DNA of 63,796 nt, filler included, from Sphacelaria rigidula (taxonomy: Eukaryota), in NCBI GenBank assembly GCA_964200075.2. It is 11 parts of 11 records of this genome, joined end to end, with 100 filler letters (N's around TTAATTAATTAA, not from the genome) between each part and the next. Parts side by side here need not be neighbours in the genome. Positions count along the whole stretch, not along the records: positions 23,237 to 28,945 come from CAXNAA020025077.1; positions 29,046 to 34,754 come from CAXNAA020025078.1; positions 34,855 to 40,563 come from CAXNAA020025079.1; 8 more parts are not named here. One strand, given 5' to 3'. Shown here piece by piece: positions 24,458-37,192 of this stretch (position 1 is its first letter; each line of letters begins with the position of its first letter). The translations under genes were made by a program, and so were the position numbers. The notes under the pieces are model-generated. The model saw nothing but the letters and a program-made list of their open reading frames with translations, made no database searches and was not told where the DNA came from.

Positions 24458-27400
24458 CAGGCACCGTAGGTAAGGTATCGTACCGAGCGTGCCTCCGGTA
24501 TTTACCGGGGTATCCCATACCGTGGTATGCGCACGTATCGGAGGTATGACATTTCAAAACACCGGATCGGGCGGGTACGGTAGGTATTGAAATCTTGAAA
24601 TACCGTGGTATCGTAGGGATCGTAGGTATAACATTTTAAAACACCGGATCGGGCCGGTACGGTAGGTACTGAAATCTCCCAATACCGTGTTATCGTAGGT
24701 ACCGTAGGTATGACATTCCAAAATACGGGACTGGACCGGTATCGGTAGGGTATGAGATGTCCCAAATACCGGCACCGGGAACCTACCTTACCCTCTATAC
24801 CAAATTCAAAACTGACATCTGGCAGTGCGAAGCGTTTCGGATCTGGGTGCAACTTGAGCAGTCGGAGGTTTTATGTTCCCCAAGTTGGAAGTCGCCCCCC
24901 ACCCGAACACAACCTCACCCTGGACCTCAAAGCACAACACAAACAACACCTCACATCAGTGGCAACGGTAGTGTACGTGTGATTGCTGGGAACGCCCAAC
25001 CAGCTGCATCAGCCCAGTCACCTGCACCAGCGCCCGTCAACGCAGGTGGGACGCAACCGTCAAATACTAGTCCAGACTGAAACTCCAACGCCACACGACA
25101 GCCGGTGATTGTAGATGTCAACGGTCAAAAAAAAAACTGCACGGGAGGGCGATCACATCGTGCTTCAGATAAAGACTTATTTTGCGACCACGCAAGAAGA
25201 GGTCATCGTTCCTGACAACGTTAGAAAAGCAGTGGAGAGCTTCCTTGCTCCGCAAAATATGGAGATATCAGGTAACGTTGAACAGGGCTTCATTTACTCG
25301 TGGGGTGCTTTTTGCATTGGTACACTTGGCGCACGTGGCATGGAGCCTCGTTTCTAGTGTCTCGCCTGCCCAGCTTGCCGCAAGGAGAATGCCATCATTC
25401 CCTGCAAGAACGGGGACAGGAGCAACGTTAACAAACATCTCGAGAGTGCCCACAAGCTCGTCAGCAAAGCTAACGTCTCGCGACGCGAGAATGCTGCAAC
25501 TGTGGAACAAGGCGCCGTACAGCTGACGAGCGCAGGACGCATTTTTGGTGTCGGCAGAGAAAGGTGAGTTGGAGTGTGTTGTGTTTTTGTTTTCTCCTCA
25601 TCTATTCTGGACGTCGGCGTACGCAGACGATACTTTTCTCCGTGTGATAGCCTACACCGTTGTCAAGCCGGGGTCACGCAGGAGGGAGTATACACGCGGG
25701 CCTCTTCCTTCTTTTGATTATTTGTAATGCCCGACCTTCCTTCCACGGTGCTTGCCTCTTTTCATGTGAGAAGGATTCGACCATCCGTTTCCCTGTTTCT
25801 GTGTATGGTCCTATACATGAGTATAGAGTATAGGTTTAGTATACTGTCAGGACTGACTTCGTGCAGTAGTACTACTGAGATATTCGCACTATGTACTGTA
25901 CTATTATAATTCCATTTAGGCGACTCTTGATTGACTGTACGCTGTGTTGCTGCCACAGTTTATGGAAGTCAGCTGTACACATCATATATTGGCGCAAGTA
26001 CGAGTATGCTCGTACTTTTTACTTGCTTCCCTGCTCTCTCGTAAGTCTTGTGTGAGGACATCAATTGAACTACTGCGAACGCGGATCTGCAACAGGCTGA
26101 TGTGCCTAAATAATGGATACAAGTGACGGTAAACAGTTACGGTGAATATAAACTGACAGTACAGCACTTGTTTCATCCGCGCTTGCGCCTACTGTTTCCC
26201 ATCTCTCACCGTAGTACTGTTTTAATTGCTGTTTATTCATGTTTACTCATATTTTAGCTCGTCCTGCTTCGACCGCGGGTCTGAAAGAAAGGGCTCATAT
26301 GCAGATGTGGAAACATGAGCATCTTGCGTGAGCAGGTGCAGCACTGAAGAAAGAGACTATCGTCTGCTATACTGCGTGAGTAAATATGTGCAGTCTCGAC
26401 GTAGATTCGTGGATGAAGCACCGCAGTAGTGCTCACCGTACTGTCTACCCTGTGATGTGCTGTCTGTCTCAGATCGCTAGAGCTGTAGTACTTGCGTGTG
26501 CTAATCAAGAAGCTTCTGCCATTGAACTTCGCGGAGGATGCCGAGTGGCACATTCTGATGCAAGGATGTGGAAAGGCGTCTTTCCCAACTCTCAGTATGG
26601 AGAGCGTCAAGCACATCACCGTGGAGAGGTAAGAGGCTGCGAAGCAGGTTCGTGTCGAAGTAATTGAAAACACACCCCACAGTACAAGATGTAAATGCAC
26701 CGTGGTATTGGGTTCAGATGTTTGTTTTTGCGACACTCTCTTTTGTCACTGTTCGTGGAAGTACCGTACTCTACGGTTGTACAGCACTGCCTGTTGTAGT
26801 ACTTGCTGGGAGGGGGGGGGGGGGGGAGGGCGGTGTGTGACTGTATCATGGACATGGCAGGACACGCCTGACTTATTACAAGAGAGCGGCAGTTCCTTCC
26901 ACTTCGACCCACGGGCTGGATTGTTGCAATCGGCTGTTGTGAAATCATCAATCACTTGTGCAAAAATTATACGCACGCGTTTCACATGTGCCCTCCTTCC
27001 TCGGTTTTTGTTTTCGCCGATCATGTTGGGACGTAGCGAATGACAACATTAGAAGGGGTCGTGTGCGGACGTAATTTGCACAGTGCAGAATAGCAGTGTC
27101 CAATGCTCATCCCCACTATACACACACCCTTACCGTGCATTCTGTGCTACTTACAGAAAATATTGGACGGGCTGAAGGCCGAGAGCGAAGCGGCCGATCT
27201 GCTCATCTTGCACTTCACCGTTGATTTATGGACTTAAAAAGGTGTCTGGGTGCAAGTACTTGGGCATCCACATCTTCTGGGTGGACCGCAAATTTTCCTT
27301 CAACCAAGCACTGCTGTCGGTGAGTTCACTACAGAGTTCGACGTTTGCAACTTTTCTCCGTTGAGCAGTCTTGGTTTTATAGAGATCGTCGTCTGCTGGG

Positions 27401-28874
27401 TCGACTTGTATGCCTCCCTTCATTAACCCCTAGACCGCGAGGGTAGTCTATCTGGATCATGCATAACTTTTTCGAGTGAAATTGATGCCGATTCAACAGA
27501 TGACCTACTTAATCTCGCTGTCTACGGGTTAATGACATGTTTTCACTGCAAATCAACCGAGAGCGTAGTCACAACGAGAGTCGCTCAATCATTCATTTCC
27601 ATGTCATCACACACAGATCAAGCCCTACTGTCCTGACCTCGACGCAGCGGATACTACCAAAGCCGCTAAGCTTTTGTGGAAGATTTTCGTCTACGGTACA
27701 AGATTTCGGCCTTGAAGTAGGGGACTTCGCTTCGTGCACAACTGACAGCGGCTCCAACAACAAAACGATGTGCGTGAATCACGCAAGCAGAGTCGGGATC
27801 GAGTGGGACTGGTGCGTATCGCACATGGCCAATAAAGCACGCGAACACGGTTTGGGCACGGCCGCAGACCCCGCCAAGTCGAAGAAACCGGCAGCACGAG
27901 AGTTGATTCAAAAGGTCATCAAGATGGTACAGAGGCTCAACAAGTCTTCGACATGGCGGGCGCAACTCGAGGACATTCAAGCGAAGCTACCTGATATGAT
28001 AATACACATGGTTTTCACCTTCACCCGGCGTTTTCTTTTTTCCCGTGGTGTTGTCATGTCTTGTGCACTTTCAAGAACGTTTTCGTGAGATTCGAGAGTA
28101 GGGTAAACGATCGACTGTGAGGGGCTGATATCCTAGAGTAGGACATCGCTTCACAGGCAGCGAAAGCAAGCGAAGGATAAAATCCACTCTCGATCAACGC
28201 CCCACTCTCAATCTCACGAAAAACGTTGTTTCTCGTGTTTCGTGGTAGTACGTCATCTCCCATGATTTGCTTCGTGTTTTGTCTCCATTTCCCCCTTTAG
28301 GTTTCGTAAAATAAATTTTGCCATAGCCTGTTTTGCGTAATGTTGCATTTTTTTTTAGTCTTTTTCGTTCTTCGTTTTCGGACTTGATTTCATCTCATAC
28401 AGTTTCGTTTTATCTGGTCGGTGTGTGAAATTCTTTTTGCGAACTAACGTCTCGCGTTTTCAGGCGACGAAAACTGCACAAGCGGATGGTGCCTTCGAAA
28501 CGTGAACCCACAGATTTCGCCAAATTGTATGACACGTTGGTGTACCTCCAGTCGTGGGATGGTCATGGAATGATGCCTCAGTGCTTCCGTGCAGCATTCC
28601 TGTCCCTCGACGACTTCGGATAACGGCGCTGAGAAATCCGACTGCCTCCCTCTTGTTGCTGTTGACAGATGGATGATTTGGGGATGTTCCTGAAGATCGT
28701 AAAGCACACACCTCAGCGGTGGCTGAGTCTGACCAGGTCCTTCAGGGTCGTTATCTGTCTGTGGCACCAGCTTCGGAAGTTGCATGCCCTCAGGGGCAAC
28801 GCCTTCCCCCTGGACCAGGGCAGCAACCGGGACGGTATCCCTCAATTATATTCGATCATGGAACCCATCGTGAA
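24458..28874 (+). mobile_element. Degenerate intron-containing hAT (Ac-like) transposon
   Basis: CAGG start with (TACCG/CGGTA) subterminal repeats at 24460-24790. BED-like finger CLACPACRKENAIIPCKNGDRSNVNKHLESAH near 25360-25455. Exon 27157-27319 has HFTVDLWT and YLGIHIFWVD. Exon from 27617 has CTTDSGSN..WCVSHM (CxxH). Exon from 28669 has TPQRWLS. Stops and frameshifts are present. Confidence 0.85.
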
Positions 28875-28945
28875 CACTACGAGCTGGGCCAGCCCAGAAA
28901 CGGATTTAACCTGGCAGAGCAATATCTCATCGCCGGAAACGAATT
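28875..28945 (+). mobile_element. CACTA/EnSpm-like terminus interrupting the hAT ORF
   Basis: CACTACGAGCTGGGCCAGCC..ACGGATTTAACC. Homologues at 51283 (CCCTACGAGCTGGGCC) and about 32180; short inverted matches at 22743 and 23953. Confidence 0.6.
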
Positions 28946-29369
28946 NNNNNNNNNNNNNNNNNNNNNNNNNNNNNNNNNNNNNNNNNNNNTTAATTAATTA
29001 ANNNNNNNNNNNNNNNNNNNNNNNNNNNNNNNNNNNNNNNNNNNNGATGCCAACGGGAATTTTCTGTCTCAGTCCGGCCAATACACTACCAGGAGCTGGC
29101 GGTCGGAAAGCAGTAACCGGATGGACACGAGGACGGATGAGCGGGAAGAATTATTTTTGTTTCACGGGGTTATAAGTCATTCCTATAGGGCGACTCAACG
29201 CATGCGATGCGGGGTGGGGGGGCTGTGTGGGTGCAAGAGTTACGGGATGATATAAAATATACACATAGAGAAGTGTGTACAGGTGAATTTAGTGCCTTAA
29301 TAAGTCGGACAGAGCAACAAATTTTCACGATCACAGAAGCAAGGTGTGGAGCGGAATTGCGGAACGAGA

Positions 29370-29665
29370 GACGGGGGGGTGGAGGACGGATGGAATGAAG
29401 GAGGAACGTATGGAGGATGGAAGTGATGAAATATGGAGGAGATGGGGGAGATGGACGGAGGGAATGGAGGACGAGGGGGATGGACGAGAGACACAATGGG
29501 GATACGGAGGGTATGGGGGGCGCGAGGGAGGGATGGGGAAAGGATGGAAGACGGTGGGAGTACGGTACGTGAGGGGTGGAGGGCGAAGAAGGTGAAGGAG
29601 GAAGATGATGGGTGGCGGTGGGGAAGGAGGGCGGACGGAATGGAGGAGAGACGGGAGGGGGTGGT
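29370..29665 (+). repeat. Purine-rich (GGA) low-complexity tract
   Basis: About 300 nt strongly dominated by G and A (GGAGG, GGATGG units). Confidence 0.75.
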
Positions 29666-30197
29666 AATTGGTCAGGGTTCAGCCATAAGCAGCTCAAGGG
29701 TGGTGACAGATTGACCTAGTGATCACACCAGTCCAGTGGACGAGTTGACAGCGCTTTGCAATAGGATACCGGCACTCTTTGCCTCCAGCCGGACGTAATC
29801 GTACGGTGGAATCACAAGTCAACTTCAACGGGTAGTGTGTGTGTTTGTGTACCTTGTTAGCGACAGGAACATATATGTTTTAGCTTCTTCGGTGCAGTCG
29901 CAGCTGACGGGATATCTGTGGTCAACAATTTACCAATATTTGTACCCTCTATAACATGTATCGTACGTACACTACGGCAGTGAGAATCTTACACACAACG
30001 AAACAAGGGCAGCCATGCATATCGTAGATTTGGCTTCGTACTTTTGGGCTTCTTTTCGGAAGCTATTTTGTCTTGTGCTAACCACAGGCAGGTACAGCAT
30101 CGAGCAAACCAGATGAAGAAAGAAAACACGCACAAGTCCGTGCAAATTTCAAACTAGGGAGTCGGGAGAACTTCCGCGGTCTCGAACTATCAAACAA

Positions 30198-30873
30198 CGG
30201 TCATCCAGGATGTCACGTCAATCTGGGATATCTGTCCGGGACATCCGTCTAAGATGTCTCGGTTCACGTGGGACATCCGTCTGGGATGTCCATCTGGGAT
30301 GTCCATCTGGGATGTTCAGCTGGGGTGTCCATCTGGAATGTCCATCTAGGATGTCCACGTCCACGTGCGGTATCCATGCTGGATTTGAAATACATTTGAT
30401 GTACCCATCTGGAATATCGTATCCGCACAGGACATCCACCTGAGACATTTTGCCCGAGGGTTCCGGGTCAGGGTTAGGGTCATGGGTCTAGGACTAGGGT
30501 TAGCGTCAGGGTTTGGTGTCCCAGATGGACATTTATATCGTAGGTGGGCGTTCATGTGATCTGAGATCTTCCACGTGCAGATGGGTATTCCAGATTGATC
30601 TCCATACCTCAGATGATTATCCCAGATGGATGCTAGATGGAGATCGTATAATAGGTGGACATCAACATCCTAGATAGACCGATAGTGCCGATGAAAGTCC
30701 TCTTCGGATATCCTGGATGGACCTCGACACCCTGGATGGACGTTCCCGATGGACATCCCAGATGGACACCCCAAATCGATATCCTCAAGAGATGTTGGAC
30801 GCCCGAATGGATGTTCGCATGACCAGACGACCATCACTGTCCTAGATGGACCTCCCAGATAGATACGGTGTCC
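30198..30873. mobile_element. Foldback element with GGATGTCCATCTG arm repeats and a telomere-like core
   Basis: Left arm has GGGATGTCCATCT units, right arm has AGATGGACATCCC units. Centre 30457-30516 is a degenerate (TTAGGG)n array. Confidence 0.78.
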
Positions 30874-32300
30874 CACGTAGAGGTCGCACGATCATGCCGG
30901 ACTCACCGCAACCTTGTACGTGCGGCCTCGCTACGGAAAGGAACCCGACGTATGACTAGAGACAGGGTTACTACTACGACCGTGAGGACCGCTGGTGCCG
31001 TCATACCCAATACGGCAAGGCCGTTGCAGCGCAGGGGCTACTCTTTTCATCCGCCTTCTTCTATGTACGGGCTCTCAAGGGTGCGTTTTTGCAGCCACTT
31101 TTCGGAAATTGTCCAAAATGATTAGTCAGGGCAACACATACGTAAGTGTGTGCCACTGATTAGATGCTGGTGCAAATTAGTGCAAACCAGGGGCTGTTAT
31201 TTGCACTGGTTTAGACTTCTCTTTTCTGATAGAGGGGTAAAGTACGGTGCATATCGGGAAGCCGTAGACAAAAGGAGACAGAGCCACTCCGGTGGTGCAG
31301 CTGGTACAACAACAACTTACACTTGTCACGGTCCGAGATGGAGGATGGCGCACTCGGATCCTGGCAGACGCAATTGGCTCTCTTGAGCAGGCGTTTTACG
31401 TAACGCGCGTAACGCGTGTTTTTTTCCAAGTGTTCATGTTCGTTCCCGACTTAGTTCAAAGGTGGCCACGTGAGGTTTTCATTTCCTCCGTCAGGTTCAA
31501 AAATGGTTATGTGAGACATGTGCCCGGTGCAGCCGTGGTCATACGAGATTCGCGCTTTTGCCATTCTGTTCGAAACCCGCCATTGAAGACTTGTGCGGGG
31601 TTCAGGAATGGTCGTGTGAGATCATGTACGCACAATCGCTTATGTGCCTCGTCGAACCGACAGGATACGTCATCTTTCATTGATTAAACGTCGAGATATT
31701 GGTCTAGCATCCGTTCTCGAAACACAATCTCGCGTCCCGCAACAACGACAATCCTTGCTTCGAATAAAACATTCTCGAGCCACACACACTATGTTAGCGA
31801 AATGTCTGTTTGTCCCTTGGGTAAGACGGAACTAAAAATACGCTATTCGTAGCCTTGGACTGTCGAAAATAAATGTATCAGGTCACAACTCTACGGTCCA
31901 ACGCCTTCACCGGTTCTGACGAAGCACCGAACACGTTGGTTTTCCAAGGTGGGTCTTGTCGTTTTACCCTCGTTCGAATGGCGCCGGCGCACAGCAATCC
32001 ATCTTTGTTCCGCTTTTTGCTCTAACAGTGCGATGGTCGTTGAAATGAGCAGTTAGTAGTGTTGGGGGTCAGGCGAAGGTATGCCTACTCGCCCGCGTCG
32101 CCCTCCCGCCCCAGAACATACAACATCATTCCCTCGGTAGCTGAAATAGACCTGACGAAGTGTGTCCACCTGAACCGAGTTCGACCTGGGCCAGCCTATA
32201 AACGGACGTAAGTTGCCACAGCCGTGCGCCATCGCGGCGGGCGAATTGGGCCGTGATCCGCACATCTTGTTGATAGTCGAATCGAGGGGCAGATGCTCAT

Positions 32301-33400
32301 CTACTCAACAGCCCAGTCAAACGCTTCCTCGTGGATGGTTGTCGTCGGACACTCGCCTTTCCTGTTTAGTTCCGCCAAAGTCCTCCCAGCACGTTGTACT
32401 TGTAGGAAACAGCTCGAGAGCAGCACTCTGCGCCAAGAAGGCATAGCGTTATCCCTGGCGGGTGAGTGTTTTGGGTGTCTTTGCGGAACGGTACAAGTAC
32501 CAGAGGACGTGGAACCGGTCGATCTCGATCTCCTCACCTTTGGGAGGGGCTGGCTGTGCTGTTCGACGGAGGTCTCCAAAACGCTGCTCAATTCTGTCTC
32601 ATCTGGAACAGGCGCAGTTGAGTCTAGCGATGTACACGGTTCGTGGCCCGACAGGAGCTCGAAAGCTGACTTGTGACAGGGCAGCGACGTGTCAGGCAAT
32701 GTGCGTTTGACCCAGAGGGCGGGCGAGACGTATTCGTCCCATCTCGGAAGCCATGGTCTGCGTAGTTCTGTAAGCACGTCTAGCAACCATTCGCCGAGCC
32801 TCTCGATGGTGCCTCGGCCCCATGGATGGTCTGATGACCCGAAAGCAATGTCTACCTTCGACCGGCTGCAAAGATGAGGGACTACATCAGCCTTAAATCC
32901 CTTGCCTCCATCACAACAGATCTTCCGACGAGCGCCGAAGGTGAGGCACAGTGTCGCGAGGATACGAGCTACCCCCTGGCCTTGTTGCGTTCTCAGGGAA
33001 AGAGCAAATAGAACCTTGGAAGCGCGGGTCATCACTCAGAAGATGTACTTTGTATGCAATTGTAATGTCGTTTTGATAGCTAGCAAGTCGATCGTGAGTT
33101 CGCCTCACGGGTCTGCCGAATGCCCCGGCATCATAGCCAATTGCCCACTGCTCGCCCGTGTACGTCTGCTGCGACTGCACGACAACAAGTATTGCCGGGC
33201 GTTTTTGCCACCGTTGGCTGCGGAAACGGTCACGTATCAAGGCTAGCGTGGCGCGTACTCCGGTGTGTCCGTGAACCGTGTGCAGTAGCGCCAAAAGGTC
33301 AGCCACCACCGTTTTTGGAACAGCTACGGACGGTTGGTCCTCGACACCCGTGGATCACATCATTCCTTGCTCGTCTATCTACTGCTCCGACCTCGTATCT
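32301..33400 (-). mobile_element. Degenerate Ty3/Gypsy integrase fragment
   Basis: LHTVHGHTGV (HHCC start), ICCDGGKGF, HPWGRGTIER, WDEYVSPALW, AFELLSG. Frameshifted. Confidence 0.85.
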
Positions 33401-35666
33401 CTGACTGCCTCTGCTACTCCGTTCACCTCCTCATATCCAATGACACCTCCGTGAGGTTGAGGTTCGAAGATGATCTCGGAAGTCCCCCCCCCCCCTACGG
33501 CTGCACGGATGGCCGCTGGTACACGATAGGGGGGGGGGGTATTTCGTTTCGTTTTTTCCCACCAAATTCTACGTGCAATCAATCGTTTTTGATAGCAGCA
33601 ACGGTAGATCGAACACGCTTGCTTTCGATTTTCAACGCTCACTCATATTTTTTCACACCGCTTTTACCCAAATACAAGCGCACCGCGAGTGTGCTGGGTC
33701 GTCTGACGCACATATGAGCCCATTCTTACGCGGAATCGAGCACCCCCTCCCCCAAGGGTAAGGCTTTTCAATTCAAAATTCAAAGTCTTGACACTCGATG
33801 TGAAGCTTCATCACAAACGCCTGACTTTCATCTCAAAGCTGCAAGTCATACCTAAATCTTGAAGGCCAAGCTTCATTCAAAGCTTCGACAGAAAGACTCA
33901 CCATCACATTGAAGCGTCGACTTGAAAACACCATTTTCATTTCAAGGCTTCAATTTGAGACCTGGGTTTCGTCTCGATAACTTCACAACGTATCGCTTTG
34001 CATGTTTGCAAAACCCTCTCAGGATGGCCAGTACTGCTCTGTCCCGTAAGGGACAGTGTACGGGTGTTGTGATCGCCACTGTAAGCTCCTCCGTACAAGA
34101 CCTGGCTTCCATGTACACCTACACGTCTTTCTCTTCGTGTTGCTCTCCATGTTTGCCCTGAAGCCAATGCTCTGTGCGAGAAATATTTTTTATTCCGACC
34201 TTTGTTCGTCCGCCTTCCCAGGTACTTGCCATTCATAATTGATCTCACGGGGAGGGTGCAGCCGTCTCCGTACCGTCGGCCGCTGGCTGCAGTCCGCCGA
34301 ATATAGTACTTATTCGCGCACGTCTCTCTCCATCCACGTGTTTGCACAATGTCCCAACAACCCTACGTGGAGCCCCGCAGCTAAAGGATTAGCTGGAGCT
34401 CCAGTGCACTTTAAATTCCCCCGCTGGACGTGATGCTGATGCTCCGTCTCGAAAGGGATGCGTGTTCAATGGCCAAACGACTAAGGCAAGCGACAAATGA
34501 GTACGCCCCCCCCCCCCCGCTGGAAAGACGCCCATGATGCAGTGTATAATCCGTGGCTGTCTCTGGAAGCGTCGATACCACAAAATAAAGCAACTCATTG
34601 TTGGCTGTCATCCAAAGGCAAGATTATCAGTACGCTTCGGGCCGAACACTCTTAGCAGCATGCAGCTCACCCTACATGCGACTGCTTCGCGCTTGGTGAT
34701 TGAGTGCGAGCCTGGTCCGGCGAAAACCCGGCGTGCTCCGTCCCGGCGTTGTAGNNNNNNNNNNNNNNNNNNNNNNNNNNNNNNNNNNNNNNNNNNNNTT
34801 AATTAATTAANNNNNNNNNNNNNNNNNNNNNNNNNNNNNNNNNNNNNNNNNNNNGAGTACGCCCCCCCACCCCGGCCCCCCCGGCAAAACCACCAGAATA
34901 CAGGAAACGGCAGAACACACGGATTTTGGTGGCGGAGACAAGAAAATGATACATGGAGCACTGTGGCGTTACTTTTTTCCCGTAGAGCCAATGCGGCGTG
35001 TCTTGCCGAGTATCAGACATTCACCGAGTGTTGTGGCCATCCTCGGAGCTGCAGCTCAGTCACGTGTTCTTCCTCAAGTATGCAGTTTCGCACCAGGGTG
35101 CGCTGAGGATAAAGCTACAAGATCTAGCCCCTCACCCACCCCACGTTGCACAAGGTACGAACATGGCTAACACCTCTCGATTGTTCGAAGCCTAGTACAG
35201 AAAAAATCTGGTCCTCTTGGCTACAGCGGGGATTCTTTCGAGGCTGTTCCCCTCTTCGAACAGATTCCTTGCTGCTCGTCGGTGACCCAGGAATACATCG
35301 AAGACTATTTGACGCTAAGGTTAAACGGGGCGGTGCGGAGAAACGTACTCCGGAAGTACTCGCGTTTGGACCCCCTGTCTCTTCAGCCTTACGCCATGTA
35401 CATTACTGCTAGCACATGTTGACAGCTCCCTGCTCCCCTCGACCCTTCCGTCGGTGTGTGTTGTGCCACCGCAGGGAAACAAATTCAAAAATCTTTTACG
35501 ACCGAGACGTGAAAATGTAAAAGCCTGGTTGATGATGACTATACCCCCATTGACTACCCTACCTCTTGAGAATGTCAACGCACAACAACATTCGGCTCAT
35601 CCGCGTCTTACTCTTCAGCAGGCACGAAAATCGTCTCTTTGGCGATCGCGAAACAGCCGTGCTCAC

Positions 35667-37192
35667 CACAGGGAAGAACTGAAAGTCTGGGCTAGATCGT
35701 AGCGCCACGCTGGCAGCATCGGAAAACCACGTCTCCAGCTCGCTAAGCTCCCGTCGGAAGGGCGCCGCGTGTACCCAAGACACAGTGCCTACCTTTCCTA
35801 TGGTCTCGTGCGATATTGGCACCCCTGTATTCGTTCAGAGGCCCGAGCAATATTGGAAGACAGATGGTAATGTTGACATGTATGTTTGCGCTGTATTAAA
35901 TAGCGCGGGGTTCACATGTAGCGCGGTCAAAATCTCCTGTGATCGCACCAACACACTATACCGGGACCTGTCATCATCGTATTGCTGGTCCGGGTATATC
36001 GGAATCCCTGGGTCTGGCGTCAACATTCTGCCTGCTAGAAGCGATGGAATTTGAATGTCTAGAATAGCATTCGGTCAAGCCACCGTTCAAGAGGGTGGTT
36101 TCGAGGATAAACAGTCTGAGCGCCCGCACATGGGAGACATGAGTCTGACATGAGTCTGACATAAGTCCGACAGCTACTCTTTTCAAGTGAATATGGTGCC
36201 GATTCAGCATGTGGATACACCCCCTCGGGCGGTGAGAGGGATGAAAAAGCCTGCTTCCACGTCGCACCCTGAGCATGTGATGGTGGTGGTGAAACGTGGT
36301 CGCGGCGGAAATGGCTGCCTCGAAACACAGTTCAACCATCTCCTGTGTTCACTGTACTGAAGTCATCTTCAAGTTCGGTCGTTTACACGATCGGATGTAG
36401 AGCTGGGAATACCCCGTGCGGTTCGTTTTGGACGTCCCGCTTTCCCTCAAAAAGGGCTCATGTGATCGATTGGACACAACGTTCCAAGCGGCGAGTCGGG
36501 CTACGTGCCTGTCGACGAGGTACAGGGATCACGAGCTGGCTGGACACGCGCCGCACCCGCGGCCAATTGTCAGTACTGCGTGTAGTAGACGGAGCAACCA
36601 TGCTACACACGCACCCCTGTGGAGACGTTGCTTCAGAACGCGACTGGTGCAACAAACTCAACAAAATCATCTTTACAACGACCTACATATTGCCGTCGGT
36701 ACAGTCGAAAGCATGATATTGTATAATGTTATTAATACTTGTCGGGATGCGATCTCCTGAGAAAAAAAAAAGTCTACACTGCTGTACCGCGCTATGAGGG
36801 ATATGTCTGATGACGCGGCGATTCGTACACACACACATGGAGTATACCTGCATCGGCAAGCTGCTCGGCGATGAAGTGAGTTCCCGACCGTCCGCACCCT
36901 GTCATGAGCACGCGGCAGTCCTTCGCGGTACATTCGCCCTCTCTCAACAGTGTCACACTGGTCATACCAGCAACACCGGGTTCACCACTCGTTTTGCCCC
37001 TGTCCCCCACATGTGTGGCATCCATGGGCGCGTTCTCCTCTTGTTTTGTAGCTGCGCCATCGGATCGCGTGGTTGCGGGGTGTGCTTTGTGGCGGGTGCT
37101 GTCGTTGATGTTATTGTTGCCGTGGCCGTTGTCGTTCAGATTTGGAGGTTTGTCGACAGTTACCACCACCGCGCCCTTTCTGTCGTTGCTGA
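35667..37192 (-). CDS. Sulfotransferase-like protein, two internal exons (37192-36848 and 35824-35667)
   Basis: Phase-1 splice GCAG|gtatac...atacag|GGGTG gives VLMTGCGRSGTHFIAEQLADAGVPISHETIGKVGTVSW. GxxRSGT resembles the 5'-PAPS-binding loop and follows a low-complexity stem region. Confidence 0.75.

Noticed and set aside
29170..29697. 175-aa proline-rich ORF
   Set aside because: By-product of the purine-rich low-complexity tract; no domain or splice support.
35835..36026. 63-aa ORF inside the sulfotransferase-like gene
   Set aside because: It lies in the inferred intron and ends in a stop, while the flanking exons join in phase without it.
1..37192. Cell-wall gene cluster (GH88 + sulfotransferase + methyltransferase)
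   Set aside because: The genes lie on different contigs joined artificially by size order.
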